Source: Pseudotevenvirus miller
Taxonomy: Duplodnaviria > Heunggongvirae > Uroviricota > Caudoviricetes > Straboviridae
DNA: 64,000 nucleotides
Reading direction: 5' to 3' (one strand)
IMG/VR virus record: IMGVR_UViG_2706796139_000001
Coordinates: 50,895 to 114,894 of that record
Part shown: in pieces, positions 19,035-27,437 of the stretch
Numbering within the stretch: position 1 is the first letter of the stretch
How the letters are laid out: each line of letters starts with the position of its first letter
Position numbers and translations under genes: made by a program
The notes under the pieces: model-generated
Seen by the model: the letters and a program-made list of their open reading frames with translations, nothing else
What the model was told of the DNA's origin: nothing
Databases searched by the model: none

Positions 19035-19502
19035 TTATCCGTCATAACCGCCACCGCACTTAACCTCACCTTCAATGAACAGTTCGCGGTTGTCTCTCAA
19101 AAGATTGTATTTCTTTTCGAGTTCCGGCCCGAATGCGTCAGCGTCTTCATAATAGCTATAATTATAACAACCGCATTCATCATCCCATTCAGGTTCATCA
19201 CCGCGTTCGTTGAAGTGTACGACTTTGAGATCGTCAACTCCAGACTCTTTCATTTTATCCCAGATATACCGGATGTCAACGCTATGGTAACTGAATGCTT
19301 CAAGGGTGATGTTATCACCATCGATTTGAGGGATACCCCATTTAGGACGTTGGTCATCGGTGATGATATCAAGCAAAGATTCTACGTTTTCGTGTCCGTA
19401 AATCTTCGCGACCTCTTCCTCTTTACCAGGACGAACAAGCCCGATCCCGATAATAAAGCTACTGCTTGAACTGTTACTTACAAAACCAGAACGGATCTTC
19501 AT
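19035..19502 (-). CDS. hypothetical acidic Cys-containing protein, paralog A with N-terminus MKIRSGFVSNSSSSSF
   Basis: 155 aa. The first 16 aa are identical to the 22913..23425 product, but encoded with different synonymous codons. Confidence 0.55.
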   Translation of the reverse strand: MKIRSGFVSNSSSSSFIIGIGLVRPGKEEEVAKIYGHENVESLLDIITDDQRPKWGIPQIDGDNITLEAFSYHSVDIRYIWDKMKESGVDDLKVVHFNERGDEPEWDDECGCYNYSYYEDADAFGPELEKKYNLLRDNRELFIEGEVKCGGGYDG

Positions 19503-19690
19503 CGTCTTGCCTCATATTTCGCGTTCTCAGCGATTTTTTCTTGATATATGTTATATGACATTACCAGAGGCGCAACCGCCACGATAAGCCCTATAAAGCA
19601 CACAGAGAACTCACGTTTATTGAAAGCCAGGAACGCAATTGCGCTCCCGACCACGAACACACCCAGTGCCAGTAAGAAGAATAACGTCAT
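19499..19690 (-). CDS. small membrane protein (63 aa)
   Basis: Two hydrophobic helices. Confidence 0.4.
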   Translation of the reverse strand: MTLFFLLALGVFVVGSAIAFLAFNKREFSVCFIGLIVAVAPLVMSYNIYQEKIAENAKYEARR

Positions 19691-20304
19691 TTCGGCAACG
19701 TGTCCATTTTGCGTGATTTTTCCAACAGGGTTTTGATTACCGTATCCATCGCCTGTTCTGTATCACCATCATGATAGATGATCGCGGTTTGATGCAAACC
19801 TTTCACCAGACGATTGATAATGTACGCCATTTCGGTCGGTAACAGTTTACCCGTTTTGTTGAATTTTTCAAACAGATTGAACAGTTCTTCGTTATTCCCT
19901 TTCTTACGGAAATTGAAGTTGTGCATCCCAGACAGAAGACTATCCAGATACAGAACTGTTTTGTTATCAGAGCGGAGGTGTCCACCGATTTTGTAGTAGT
20001 TGCTGAAAACGTATGGTGCTTCACGAACATCATCGATGTCGAAACCAGCATCATCGATATTGCCTACGTGGGAGAAGAAATCCGCATCGTTATCGAACAG
20101 ATTGATCGCGCCTTTCTTGTATGGGAATCCAGCCAGGTTAATGACTCCCTTTTCATACGCATCATCGTTATCAACGACAACGTATTCAGGAAGCATAGGG
20201 GCATATGGTTTGTTTTTGTCGTGGTTTTCGCGATACGCTAAAGGTTCAGCCAGATAGAGGATATCGCCTTGTTTGACTTCATCCCAAAAGATATTACGTG
20301 ACAT
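19687..20304 (-). CDS. hypothetical protein (about 205 aa) downstream of the vWA gene
   Basis: Starts MSRNIFWDEVKQGD with a GAGG RBS and an upstream gcccccTTTCgggggc hairpin. The listed 261 aa ORF is an extension into the vWA gene. Confidence 0.5.
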   Translation of the reverse strand: MSRNIFWDEVKQGDILYLAEPLAYRENHDKNKPYAPMLPEYVVVDNDDAYEKGVINLAGFPYKKGAINLFDNDADFFSHVGNIDDAGFDIDDVREAPYVFSNYYKIGGHLRSDNKTVLYLDSLLSGMHNFNFRKKGNNEELFNLFEKFNKTGKLLPTEMAYIINRLVKGLHQTAIIYHDGDTEQAMDTVIKTLLEKSRKMDTLPK

Positions 20305-20344
20305 ATTAAATTCCTCAACATGCCCCCTTTCGGGGGCTATATCA

Positions 20345-22564
20345 TTACAGTTTAACTTCTTTTTCTTCCAGGACGATTTCGCAATCGAATGTTGCACCTT
20401 CCCAGAACTTATGCGGGATAATGTCAGTCGCTTTAACCGATACTTTGGTTTCTTCGAAATCCATATCCGCAAACCATGCGTGGCCTACAACGATACCGTA
20501 CATTACACGGCTCAGGCGCTTGTTCAGTGCGCGTACTTCGTTGATGGTTGCCTTTGTTTCTTTATCAAGGTACTCGATTACCTTATCCTTGTCAAGCGCT
20601 GCGAGTTCAGCTTTAACAGCATCGTAAGCCCACAGGATGATCAGGTCGCCGTTGTTCAGTTTCTTCTTACCTTCGGCACGTTTCGCAACGGTTGCCGCTA
20701 CAGCAGGAAGGGAGGAAACACCCTTGATTTTCAGATTCAGTTCTTTCGACATATAAACATCAGTCGAATCGGTACGGGTTACTTTCGGGGAGAATCCATA
20801 ATCACGAATACCCTGTTCAGATAACCATTCACCAGCGGCTTCACCGTATTTCTGTTTCAGACCTTCGGCATTACGTAAACCGATCGCATCGTCACGGAAG
20901 AACTTCATCACCTTCTGGCGACCTTTCAGGATTTCCAGACGGATAGAGTCGTTTACATACTCTTTACCGGAGATCCCGCGAGTCATCGCACGGTTAACCA
21001 GAGGCAGACTTGTAAAGTCAACCAGAACCGACATACGGTCTTCACCGATTTTTGCCAGCGGCTTGATGGTCAAACCAGAAGCGCGGAGGTTTTTCAGTGT
21101 CGGAATATCAGTTTCCAGAGGCAGAACCTTAACGTTTACGATACCGTCTTTAACGATGGTAAAGTTACGCACCTGCTTAGTTTCGATCTGTTCAGGCAGT
21201 CCGAATTCTTTCTGCTTACTTTCTGGGATAGTTACGTAACCAGCCAGATCCGTGTTAATGGAAATGTTCGGACGTGAACTGTTACCGACCAGATGCTTAA
21301 CCGATACTTTGGTTGTAGTCTGGGTAAATTTCGGTGTCCAGATTTCGTGCGTTACCATTTGCGCGGCTAATGCTTTGCGTTCTTCCGGTGTTTTCGCATT
21401 TGCGATCTGTTCTGACAGTTGATCCAGAGTATCATCTTCTTTCTGTACTGTCTGACGGCCTGTACGGTTGTACGCCCAGTGTTCAGAAGACAGGTCGATC
21501 ACTGTGTCAGTTTCTGCCAACAGTTCGAGAGCATCAACCAGAGTGAATGCGTTTTCGTCTGGAACCATGTTGTAATCAACACCCTCAATCAGACGTTTAC
21601 CCGCATCAACTACCGCTTCCGCGATCAGGTCTTTGGCGTTGGAATAATCCTGCTTAGTAAAGCAGTTATCGTATGCCTTAATCAGACGAACGTCACCGAC
21701 TTTTTTCAGCACTTTCCATGCCAGATCAGGGTTCATGGTGTGCAGTGCATGATACAGCACCACGTACAGAACCTGTTCACCTTCCATCGTAGCCGGATCG
21801 AATCCGTCGATGTCGTTGATTGCGTTTTCACCCAGCGCCCAGATGTTTTTGATATGCTCAGGAACCAGCACAACACCGTTTGCAGCGTTAAGGACATACA
21901 CGCGCCCTTCGTCAATGTAGATCGCATGGGTAGCATCACCTACTTTAACTTCAACACGCGCTGATGTTTGAGCGGTAATGATTTCAGCAAATGCTGGCTC
22001 GTATGCGTCGAAACCTTCAACGAATTTATGCAATGCGTTGGTTGCTTCTGCCATTTTTTCCAGCAGAGGACGGTTAACATAGTAACCATATTCCAGGAAC
22101 GCAATGCTGTTAAACGTCAGCGGGAGAACCGCACACGCTTTCAGGATGTCATCGGTACGCCAGCAGTTATCATAACCATCCGTCAGGAAGATCAGGCTGT
22201 TCAGGTTTCCGTTTTCGGATTGCAGGTCAGTTGCAATCTCAGCAGCCAGATTCAGAGGTTCGACGAAACCAGTACAACCAGTAGGTTTCAGATAACGGTC
22301 GATCGCGGTGCAGATATTGGTCAGATCCGATACGTTGCTAACCTTCTCACCACGGAACACAGTACCGTAATCGCCTTTGCTGGAGAAGTACAGGATCGAA
22401 ACAGTATCATCCTGTTTAACCAGGCTTGCCAGATTCGCTTTCAGGTGCTTACGAATTTTCGGCAATTCACTGTACATTGAACCGGAAACGTCGCAAACGA
22501 AAACGTGGTTGGTCGGAGTCGGTTTAGATACTGCATTTTTGAATTCGATATTTGTAATTGACAT
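20345..22564 (-). CDS. von Willebrand factor A (vWA) domain protein, 739 aa
   Basis: N-terminal MIDAS motif VFVCDVSGSMYS ... LFLTDGYDN. The long C-terminal region has no recognisable domain. Not Alt-like or RIIA-like. Confidence 0.8.
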   Translation of the reverse strand: MSITNIEFKNAVSKPTPTNHVFVCDVSGSMYSELPKIRKHLKANLASLVKQDDTVSILYFSSKGDYGTVFRGEKVSNVSDLTNICTAIDRYLKPTGCTGFVEPLNLAAEIATDLQSENGNLNSLIFLTDGYDNCWRTDDILKACAVLPLTFNSIAFLEYGYYVNRPLLEKMAEATNALHKFVEGFDAYEPAFAEIITAQTSARVEVKVGDATHAIYIDEGRVYVLNAANGVVLVPEHIKNIWALGENAINDIDGFDPATMEGEQVLYVVLYHALHTMNPDLAWKVLKKVGDVRLIKAYDNCFTKQDYSNAKDLIAEAVVDAGKRLIEGVDYNMVPDENAFTLVDALELLAETDTVIDLSSEHWAYNRTGRQTVQKEDDTLDQLSEQIANAKTPEERKALAAQMVTHEIWTPKFTQTTTKVSVKHLVGNSSRPNISINTDLAGYVTIPESKQKEFGLPEQIETKQVRNFTIVKDGIVNVKVLPLETDIPTLKNLRASGLTIKPLAKIGEDRMSVLVDFTSLPLVNRAMTRGISGKEYVNDSIRLEILKGRQKVMKFFRDDAIGLRNAEGLKQKYGEAAGEWLSEQGIRDYGFSPKVTRTDSTDVYMSKELNLKIKGVSSLPAVAATVAKRAEGKKKLNNGDLIILWAYDAVKAELAALDKDKVIEYLDKETKATINEVRALNKRLSRVMYGIVVGHAWFADMDFEETKVSVKATDIIPHKFWEGATFDCEIVLEEKEVKL

Positions 22565-22574
22565 TTAAATTTTC

Positions 22575-22913
22575 TCAGTATTTGGTTGTTTTATGTGCGT
22601 TTAAAATGCTTTGGATTTTTTCGGAAATCGTTTGCTGGTCTGGTTCACATTCCAACTTACCGCCAATCGCCTTATAAAAATCTTCAACAGAGTTTACGTT
22701 AAAATCCTGCATATTGAAACCTAAAGAGTACATGTGTGGATTTTTGAATTCGTAAACATCTACATCATACTCGTTAAGGTCGAAACGTTCAATATATTTC
22801 TTCAAAGAAAATAAATCGAACGGTAGCGGGAGGTGCTGTTCAATCGTTACAGGTTCCCCCAGCTTATGCGCTTTTAGTGTTGCCGCTTTCGTATACGTCA
22901 TTTCTTCTTTCAT
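22575..22913 (-). CDS. hypothetical protein (112 aa)
   Basis: ORF between paralog B and the vWA gene. Confidence 0.45.
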   Translation of the reverse strand: MKEEMTYTKAATLKAHKLGEPVTIEQHLPLPFDLFSLKKYIERFDLNEYDVDVYEFKNPHMYSLGFNMQDFNVNSVEDFYKAIGGKLECEPDQQTISEKIQSILNAHKTTKY

Positions 22914-23425
22914 CAGTGGTGACTCTTTGATGTATGTTCAAGGTTGCGGAAAATGTTACCATGTTCCAGTTGGGTTCCGATAGGACCGCATTCATCGGAG
23001 TATGTGAACTCGTAGATAAACACGCCGCCCTGGTTCCCGTACTTCATGTTGTATTCTTCATACAACCACATCTTGATCAGAGCGTCTTTCTCTTCGGTTT
23101 CTAAATCGTACCAATCCCGACCATCATATGCAAGCGCAATTTTAGGATTTGAACGATAACGGGTTTCGGCGCTGTCTTCGGTTTCCCAATCATAACGCTT
23201 ATCATCATAAAACGATTCAAAGCTGTTACCCATATGACCGCCCAAATCACGGTGTACATGGTTGACCACTTCTTCGGATGTCAGCGACGGGGTATAGTAA
23301 CCGCACGTAGGATGACAGTCACCCATCATTTCGCGGAGGTTGTCGATATCAGTCGGATCTTTCGGGAACCGGACAATGAAACTACTTGATGAACTATTGC
23401 TAACAAAACCAGAACGAATTTTCAT
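22913..23425 (-). CDS. hypothetical acidic Cys-containing protein, paralog B with N-terminus MKIRSGFVSNSSSSSF
   Basis: 170 aa. N-terminal 16 aa identical to paralog A. Confidence 0.55.
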   Translation of the reverse strand: MKIRSGFVSNSSSSSFIVRFPKDPTDIDNLREMMGDCHPTCGYYTPSLTSEEVVNHVHRDLGGHMGNSFESFYDDKRYDWETEDSAETRYRSNPKIALAYDGRDWYDLETEEKDALIKMWLYEEYNMKYGNQGGVFIYEFTYSDECGPIGTQLEHGNIFRNLEHTSKSHH

Positions 23426-23670
23426 TTTATTTTCCTGAATTTAATTTCAGTGATACCACGATTAACCGTATAGCAAGACAAGCTGGTACGTTCTAATATA
23501 GTACCAGTGAATCCGTCAAAGACGCATACTGTATATGAGAAACATGCATCATCCAGCGGGTTATTGTTAATGTACGCGATAACAGTGTTTAAGTCCACAG
23601 TCGCGCATACACATGTACACGATTGGTCATAGTTGTCATCAAACTCTTTTTCAATAGTATAAATTTTCAC
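23422..23670 (-). CDS. hypothetical protein (82 aa), Cys-rich
   Basis: ORF. Confidence 0.4.
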   Translation of the reverse strand: MKIYTIEKEFDDNYDQSCTCVCATVDLNTVIAYINNNPLDDACFSYTVCVFDGFTGTILERTSLSCYTVNRGITEIKFRKIK

Positions 23671-23909
23671 GATGCTTTACCTTTTCTTTCAGATTTCAGG
23701 ACAATGTTACTGTAAGGATCTTTTGCTACCAGTTCCCACAGGTCGCCAGGATGTTCCCCGCTACGGTAAACTGACGAACGCATGATCTCATTAAACTTGC
23801 TTAGGGCTTCGTCGATATCGTCATACCCGCGTTTAAGGGGCTTACGGTTGCGACGTATGAAGAACATTTCTTTGGTCTTCTCCCAGCGTTCGGAGTTTTT
23901 AACCTTCAT
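23667..23909 (-). CDS. hypothetical protein (80 aa)
   Basis: ORF. Confidence 0.4.
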   Translation of the reverse strand: MKVKNSERWEKTKEMFFIRRNRKPLKRGYDDIDEALSKFNEIMRSSVYRSGEHPGDLWELVAKDPYSNIVLKSERKGKAS

Positions 23910-24180
23910 TAATTTGCACCATATTAGACATAATCTCTTCGAATGTCACGAGTTTTTCTTCATAAAAGTCTAAATCGTCGCTCCATTCTTCGCGGTTGCC
24001 TTTAATTTTGCTAACCGCGACCTTTTTATCGTTTTCCCACACGGTTACTTCAATGCGGTCGCCAATATAAGGAAAGCTGGGATGTTTGTTGATTACATCA
24101 ACACAGGTTAGCAGGGATTCGGATACGTGAACAACTTCACCGAAATCATAATCCCCATGACGTGCTAGAACATAGATCAT
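23899..24180 (-). CDS. hypothetical protein (93 aa)
   Basis: ORF. Confidence 0.4.
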   Translation of the reverse strand: MIYVLARHGDYDFGEVVHVSESLLTCVDVINKHPSFPYIGDRIEVTVWENDKKVAVSKIKGNREEWSDDLDFYEEKLVTFEEIMSNMVQINEG

Positions 24181-24365
24181 AGAACCCCCAAAGCGTGTCC
24201 CATTTTGCGCATAATATCAGCAAATAATGCTAAGTTGACAACAAACACAACGACAATGGAAACAATATATGTTACGTGATGTCCTCTTTTGGCGCACTTC
24301 ATAGAAAGAAACAACAATAGAAAAGAACAAGCTAGTATTAACCATATCATAATATAAACCCTCAC
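24177..24365 (-). CDS. small membrane protein (62 aa)
   Basis: Two TM helices. Confidence 0.4.
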   Translation of the reverse strand: MRVYIMIWLILACSFLLLFLSMKCAKRGHHVTYIVSIVVVFVVNLALFADIMRKMGHALGVL

Positions 24366-24391
24366 AAAAGCCCCTTTCGGGGCTTGATTAA

Positions 24392-24670
24392 TCAGTGTCC
24401 AAACACACCACGAATTGATTCAGCGAAAGCGTAAAATGCTGGGTTGTTTTCTTTCAGCATCGCTTCTGATTTCAGAAGATAATCGCTTTTGAACTTAGTA
24501 CCGAACAGGCAGTAAGAGAAAGAGCGATCCCACATGAAGCAATTGTAATACTCACCACAACGAACTTCTACCCAAACAGAGGCAGGATTAGAACCTTCGG
24601 CATACTCTTTCAGGAGGTTGTATTTCGCATCAGCACCAGGAAAACCAGCCAGCAAATCGTTGTAAGTCAT
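24392..24670 (-). CDS. hypothetical protein (92 aa)
   Basis: ORF behind a PeSL-variant leader (24671..24741). Confidence 0.45.
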   Translation of the reverse strand: MTYNDLLAGFPGADAKYNLLKEYAEGSNPASVWVEVRCGEYYNCFMWDRSFSYCLFGTKFKSDYLLKSEAMLKENNPAFYAFAESIRGVFGH

Positions 24671-24741
24671 GATGTGTTCCTTTTCGGTTTCGTTTCAACA
24701 AGGACACTGTATTATAATTCAATCATCATTGCAAGCACTTT
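24671..24741 (-). promoter_or_regulatory. PeSL-variant early promoter and leader (minus strand)
   Basis: Reverse complement: ...gaatTATAATacagtgtccttgttgaaacgaaaccgaaaaggaacacatcATG. Confidence 0.4.
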
Positions 24742-24996
24742 TTAAAAAAGATGCGTTAAATGCCCTGCATTGCTGGGATATTCTACGTAATCACCACGGA
24801 AGATGTTCAAATCTTTGTCAAATTTAAACCCTTGACCTTGAACATCTTCATGGCGCGACACATAAGAAACTCCATATTTTTCAAGGTCTTCCATATACAT
24901 TTCAGTGATTCTCTTCGCCTTATCCATCCCGCGCCCCTCGAATCGAGAACGTCGATAATGTGTAAGAAGAAACGCGTATAATTTTTCGTATGTCAT
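24742..24996 (-). CDS. hypothetical protein (84 aa)
   Basis: ORF. Confidence 0.4.
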   Translation of the reverse strand: MTYEKLYAFLLTHYRRSRFEGRGMDKAKRITEMYMEDLEKYGVSYVSRHEDVQGQGFKFDKDLNIFRGDYVEYPSNAGHLTHLF

Positions 24997-25904
24997 TTCA
25001 ACACCTTTCTGATTTGTTTTGCTATCGCTTCGATCACCGGAACCGATACAGAGTTACCAGCTTGTTTGTATGCCTGTTTCTTGCTTGTGGGGATCTGGAA
25101 TGTATCGGGGAATCCCTGCAAGCGAAAACATTCACGCGGGGTTAATCGTCGTGGGTTCTTCCCGTCCTGCAACACCAGACACTGAACACCATCCTTATAA
25201 TATTGCGCTGTGATGGTTCCTGTGTGCGTAGAATCGCTTGTGACGGCCTGATAACCAAACCCCTTACCATTCGCCTTGTTTCGTTCCTTACGCTCTCTAA
25301 AGCCTTTCCATGCGTTATCTGATAGGGTGTATGAATCATCAGCATCTTCGAGGATGTCGCCCACTCTCGTAGGGGTACGCGGGGGAACCGGAAACGAAAA
25401 GAATACATCTTCCAGGAAACAAACAATAAACACACGTTCACGTCGCTGGGGCAATCCGAAATCTTTTGTATTCAGTCGTTGATAGAATACGTTGTATCCT
25501 TCGGCCTCCAGAAGCCCGTAAATCGTTTTAAACGTCTTTCCCTTGTCATGGGTTAGTAGTTCAGGCACGTTCTCAAAGAACAGCACACGGGGCTTTTTAG
25601 CGCGTATGATGCGGAGTATTTCGAAGAACACCGTACCGCGAACATCATCGAACCCCAGTTTTAATCCTGCTTTACTGAATGCCTGACACGGGAACCCAGC
25701 CAACAGGATATCGTGATCAGGTACTTTGTTTTCGTCGATAGCGAACAAGTCACCTTCGAGATTATCACCGCCCCAGTTAGCGGCATATGTTTGTTGCGCG
25801 TATTTGTCAATCTCAGCAGTCAACGCACATTCAATACCATTGAACGCACGATCGAAGCCCAGACGAACACCGCCCACGCCAGCGCATAAATCAATTACTT
25901 TCAT
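24993..25904 (-). CDS. DNA (cytosine-5)-methyltransferase (Dcm-like)
   Basis: All canonical C5-MTase motifs present: I DLCAGVGG, IV GFPCQAFS, VI ENV, VIII QRRERVFIV, X GNSVSVPV. 303 aa. Confidence 0.9.
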   Translation of the reverse strand: MKVIDLCAGVGGVRLGFDRAFNGIECALTAEIDKYAQQTYAANWGGDNLEGDLFAIDENKVPDHDILLAGFPCQAFSKAGLKLGFDDVRGTVFFEILRIIRAKKPRVLFFENVPELLTHDKGKTFKTIYGLLEAEGYNVFYQRLNTKDFGLPQRRERVFIVCFLEDVFFSFPVPPRTPTRVGDILEDADDSYTLSDNAWKGFRERKERNKANGKGFGYQAVTSDSTHTGTITAQYYKDGVQCLVLQDGKNPRRLTPRECFRLQGFPDTFQIPTSKKQAYKQAGNSVSVPVIEAIAKQIRKVLK

Positions 25905-25931
25905 AAATATACCTAAAAAGAGGGATTTATT

Positions 25932-26633
25932 ATGCTAATATCAGCAGACAGTGTAGACGAACTCAATCAGAAGGTCAACCAACTATTAGATCAAGGTATG
26001 TATCTATGGGGTAGCCCTTTTGTTGTACCCAACAGCTATCACAACCAGACACGATTCTTCCAGCAGGTTTCAAACGTGAATCCATCAGGAGGCGGCGTTG
26101 ATGGTAAAAGCGCGTATCAGCTTTGGCTTGAACAACCAGGGAATGCAGGGAAACCAATAACAGATTTCTTTGCAGCGACTGCTGGCGTTCGTAAAAAATC
26201 AGAGGTGTTCTGGACGGGGTTAACTTTGGTCGTTCCAGAAGATACACCAACAAACTTAATCAACCTGCTTAAAACGATCGTACCAACAACGGGAACTCTT
26301 GAACCATTCTTTAAGATCACCGATAACAAATTGCATCCATTCAATGAAGATGCAACAGTTCAATTCAAGTTGAACCTGAAAGGTACTTTCACTGGTGCGG
26401 CAACAGCCCCACGAAGCGTAACACTGGATTTTGTCGGTACACAGGGAAATACCCTTGTATTGAACAGAAGCCAATCAGTAACAACCAGCACCCTTTCATT
26501 CGTCACTTTCTTTAGTGTCGATAAAAACGGTAATATGGCAACCAACGGAACCGCGATCAATATCTTCGCAAGCGGTAGTCCGTTCACATTGTCAGAAGTT
26601 TTACTGGTTGCAGAACAGCGCACCACTCAATAA
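25932..26633 (+). CDS. putative fiber-like or surface protein, 233 aa, Thr/Gly-rich
   Basis: The only + strand gene in the minus-strand region. Contains GKSAYQLWLEQPGNAG, a motif common in phage tail-fiber proteins. Preceded by cATAAATAta (late-promoter-like). Divergent from the MTase gene. Confidence 0.5.
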   Translation: MLISADSVDELNQKVNQLLDQGMYLWGSPFVVPNSYHNQTRFFQQVSNVNPSGGGVDGKSAYQLWLEQPGNAGKPITDFFAATAGVRKKSEVFWTGLTLVVPEDTPTNLINLLKTIVPTTGTLEPFFKITDNKLHPFNEDATVQFKLNLKGTFTGAATAPRSVTLDFVGTQGNTLVLNRSQSVTTSTLSFVTFFSVDKNGNMATNGTAINIFASGSPFTLSEVLLVAEQRTTQ

Positions 26634-26658
26634 AAAGCCCCTTTCGGGGCTTTTCTTT
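26632..26658. terminator. bidirectional rho-independent terminator
   Basis: aaaaagccccTTTCggggcttttcttt between convergent genes. Confidence 0.6.
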
Positions 26659-26920
26659 ATGCTTCAAAATCGATTTCGTCGATCTTGTAAGACTGTTCAT
26701 CAATGTCAGCCCACAGAGTGACTTTAATCGATTTACGATCTTCGTACAGCGGCTGTCCGTTGAGTCCACCAGTGTATTCACTGTGTGTATTTTCATCAAC
26801 TTCCAAACGCAGACTTTCACGAAGGATGTTAACAACGGCTTCCTGCAACGTTACCGCGCCGGACTCTTTACCTGTATTATCCAGGCACACATCTTTGATG
26901 CTCAAAATTAAATCAGACAT
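26657..26920 (-). CDS. hypothetical acidic protein (87 aa)
   Basis: ORF. Confidence 0.4.
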   Translation of the reverse strand: MSDLILSIKDVCLDNTGKESGAVTLQEAVVNILRESLRLEVDENTHSEYTGGLNGQPLYEDRKSIKVTLWADIDEQSYKIDEIDFEA

Positions 26921-27201
26921 CAGTAACTACCCCATGTATAAAAATCAAACTTTTCGGTTTCCGCTTCTTCAACACGAATTCTATAATCGCAACCTTCTTC
27001 TATGCGGTTAACGTGTTCGAAATCAACGTTATATATGCGATTAAACACAGAATATAAAGCATCACGGATCTTTTCTGCGATTACCTTATCTTCTTTTCCG
27101 ATATGCAAAGTAAGCATATCACGAATTGTATCTTCAATACGGCGAACATCGCGTTCATCGATGTATCCAGTATATAAATTGATTTCTTTCATTAGTGCCA
27201 C
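26920..27201 (-). CDS. hypothetical protein (93 aa)
   Basis: ORF. Confidence 0.4.
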   Translation of the reverse strand: MALMKEINLYTGYIDERDVRRIEDTIRDMLTLHIGKEDKVIAEKIRDALYSVFNRIYNVDFEHVNRIEEGCDYRIRVEEAETEKFDFYTWGSY

Positions 27202-27437
27202 TCCGTTTCAATACCGTGTTTGTATGCGTCAATACCCAGAGGGGTGATCAGAAGACACATATCAGTATTTTCTGTTGGTGATTTAAACGCCGTCATTGCG
27301 TACCCTTTTTCAATCAGGGCATTACGCCCTGCTTTACTGGGTACATCATTGAAGTCCAGATCCAGCACTTTTGATGCGTAGCTGTACAATTTGTAAAGCA
27401 CATCAATTTCAGCACCGGACAATTTAGGAAAACTCAT
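27192..27437 (-). CDS. hypothetical protein (81 aa)
   Basis: ORF. Confidence 0.4.
   Translation of the reverse strand: MSFPKLSGAEIDVLYKLYSYASKVLDLDFNDVPSKAGRNALIEKGYAMTAFKSPTENTDMCLLITPLGIDAYKHGIETEWH

Noticed and set aside
20345-22564. 739 aa protein as Alt ADP-ribosyltransferase or RIIA
   Set aside because: No ART R-S-E motifs and no GHKL ATPase motifs. The N-terminus is a clear vWA/MIDAS domain instead.
20421-22568. Plus-strand ORFs inside the vWA gene (21334..21546, 21419..21964, 21968..22480, 22377..22568) and similar antisense ORFs inside gp29, ligase, natV and gp5/gp6
   Set aside because: These lie antisense to long, well-supported genes and have no RBS or conservation signal. Treated as shadow ORFs.
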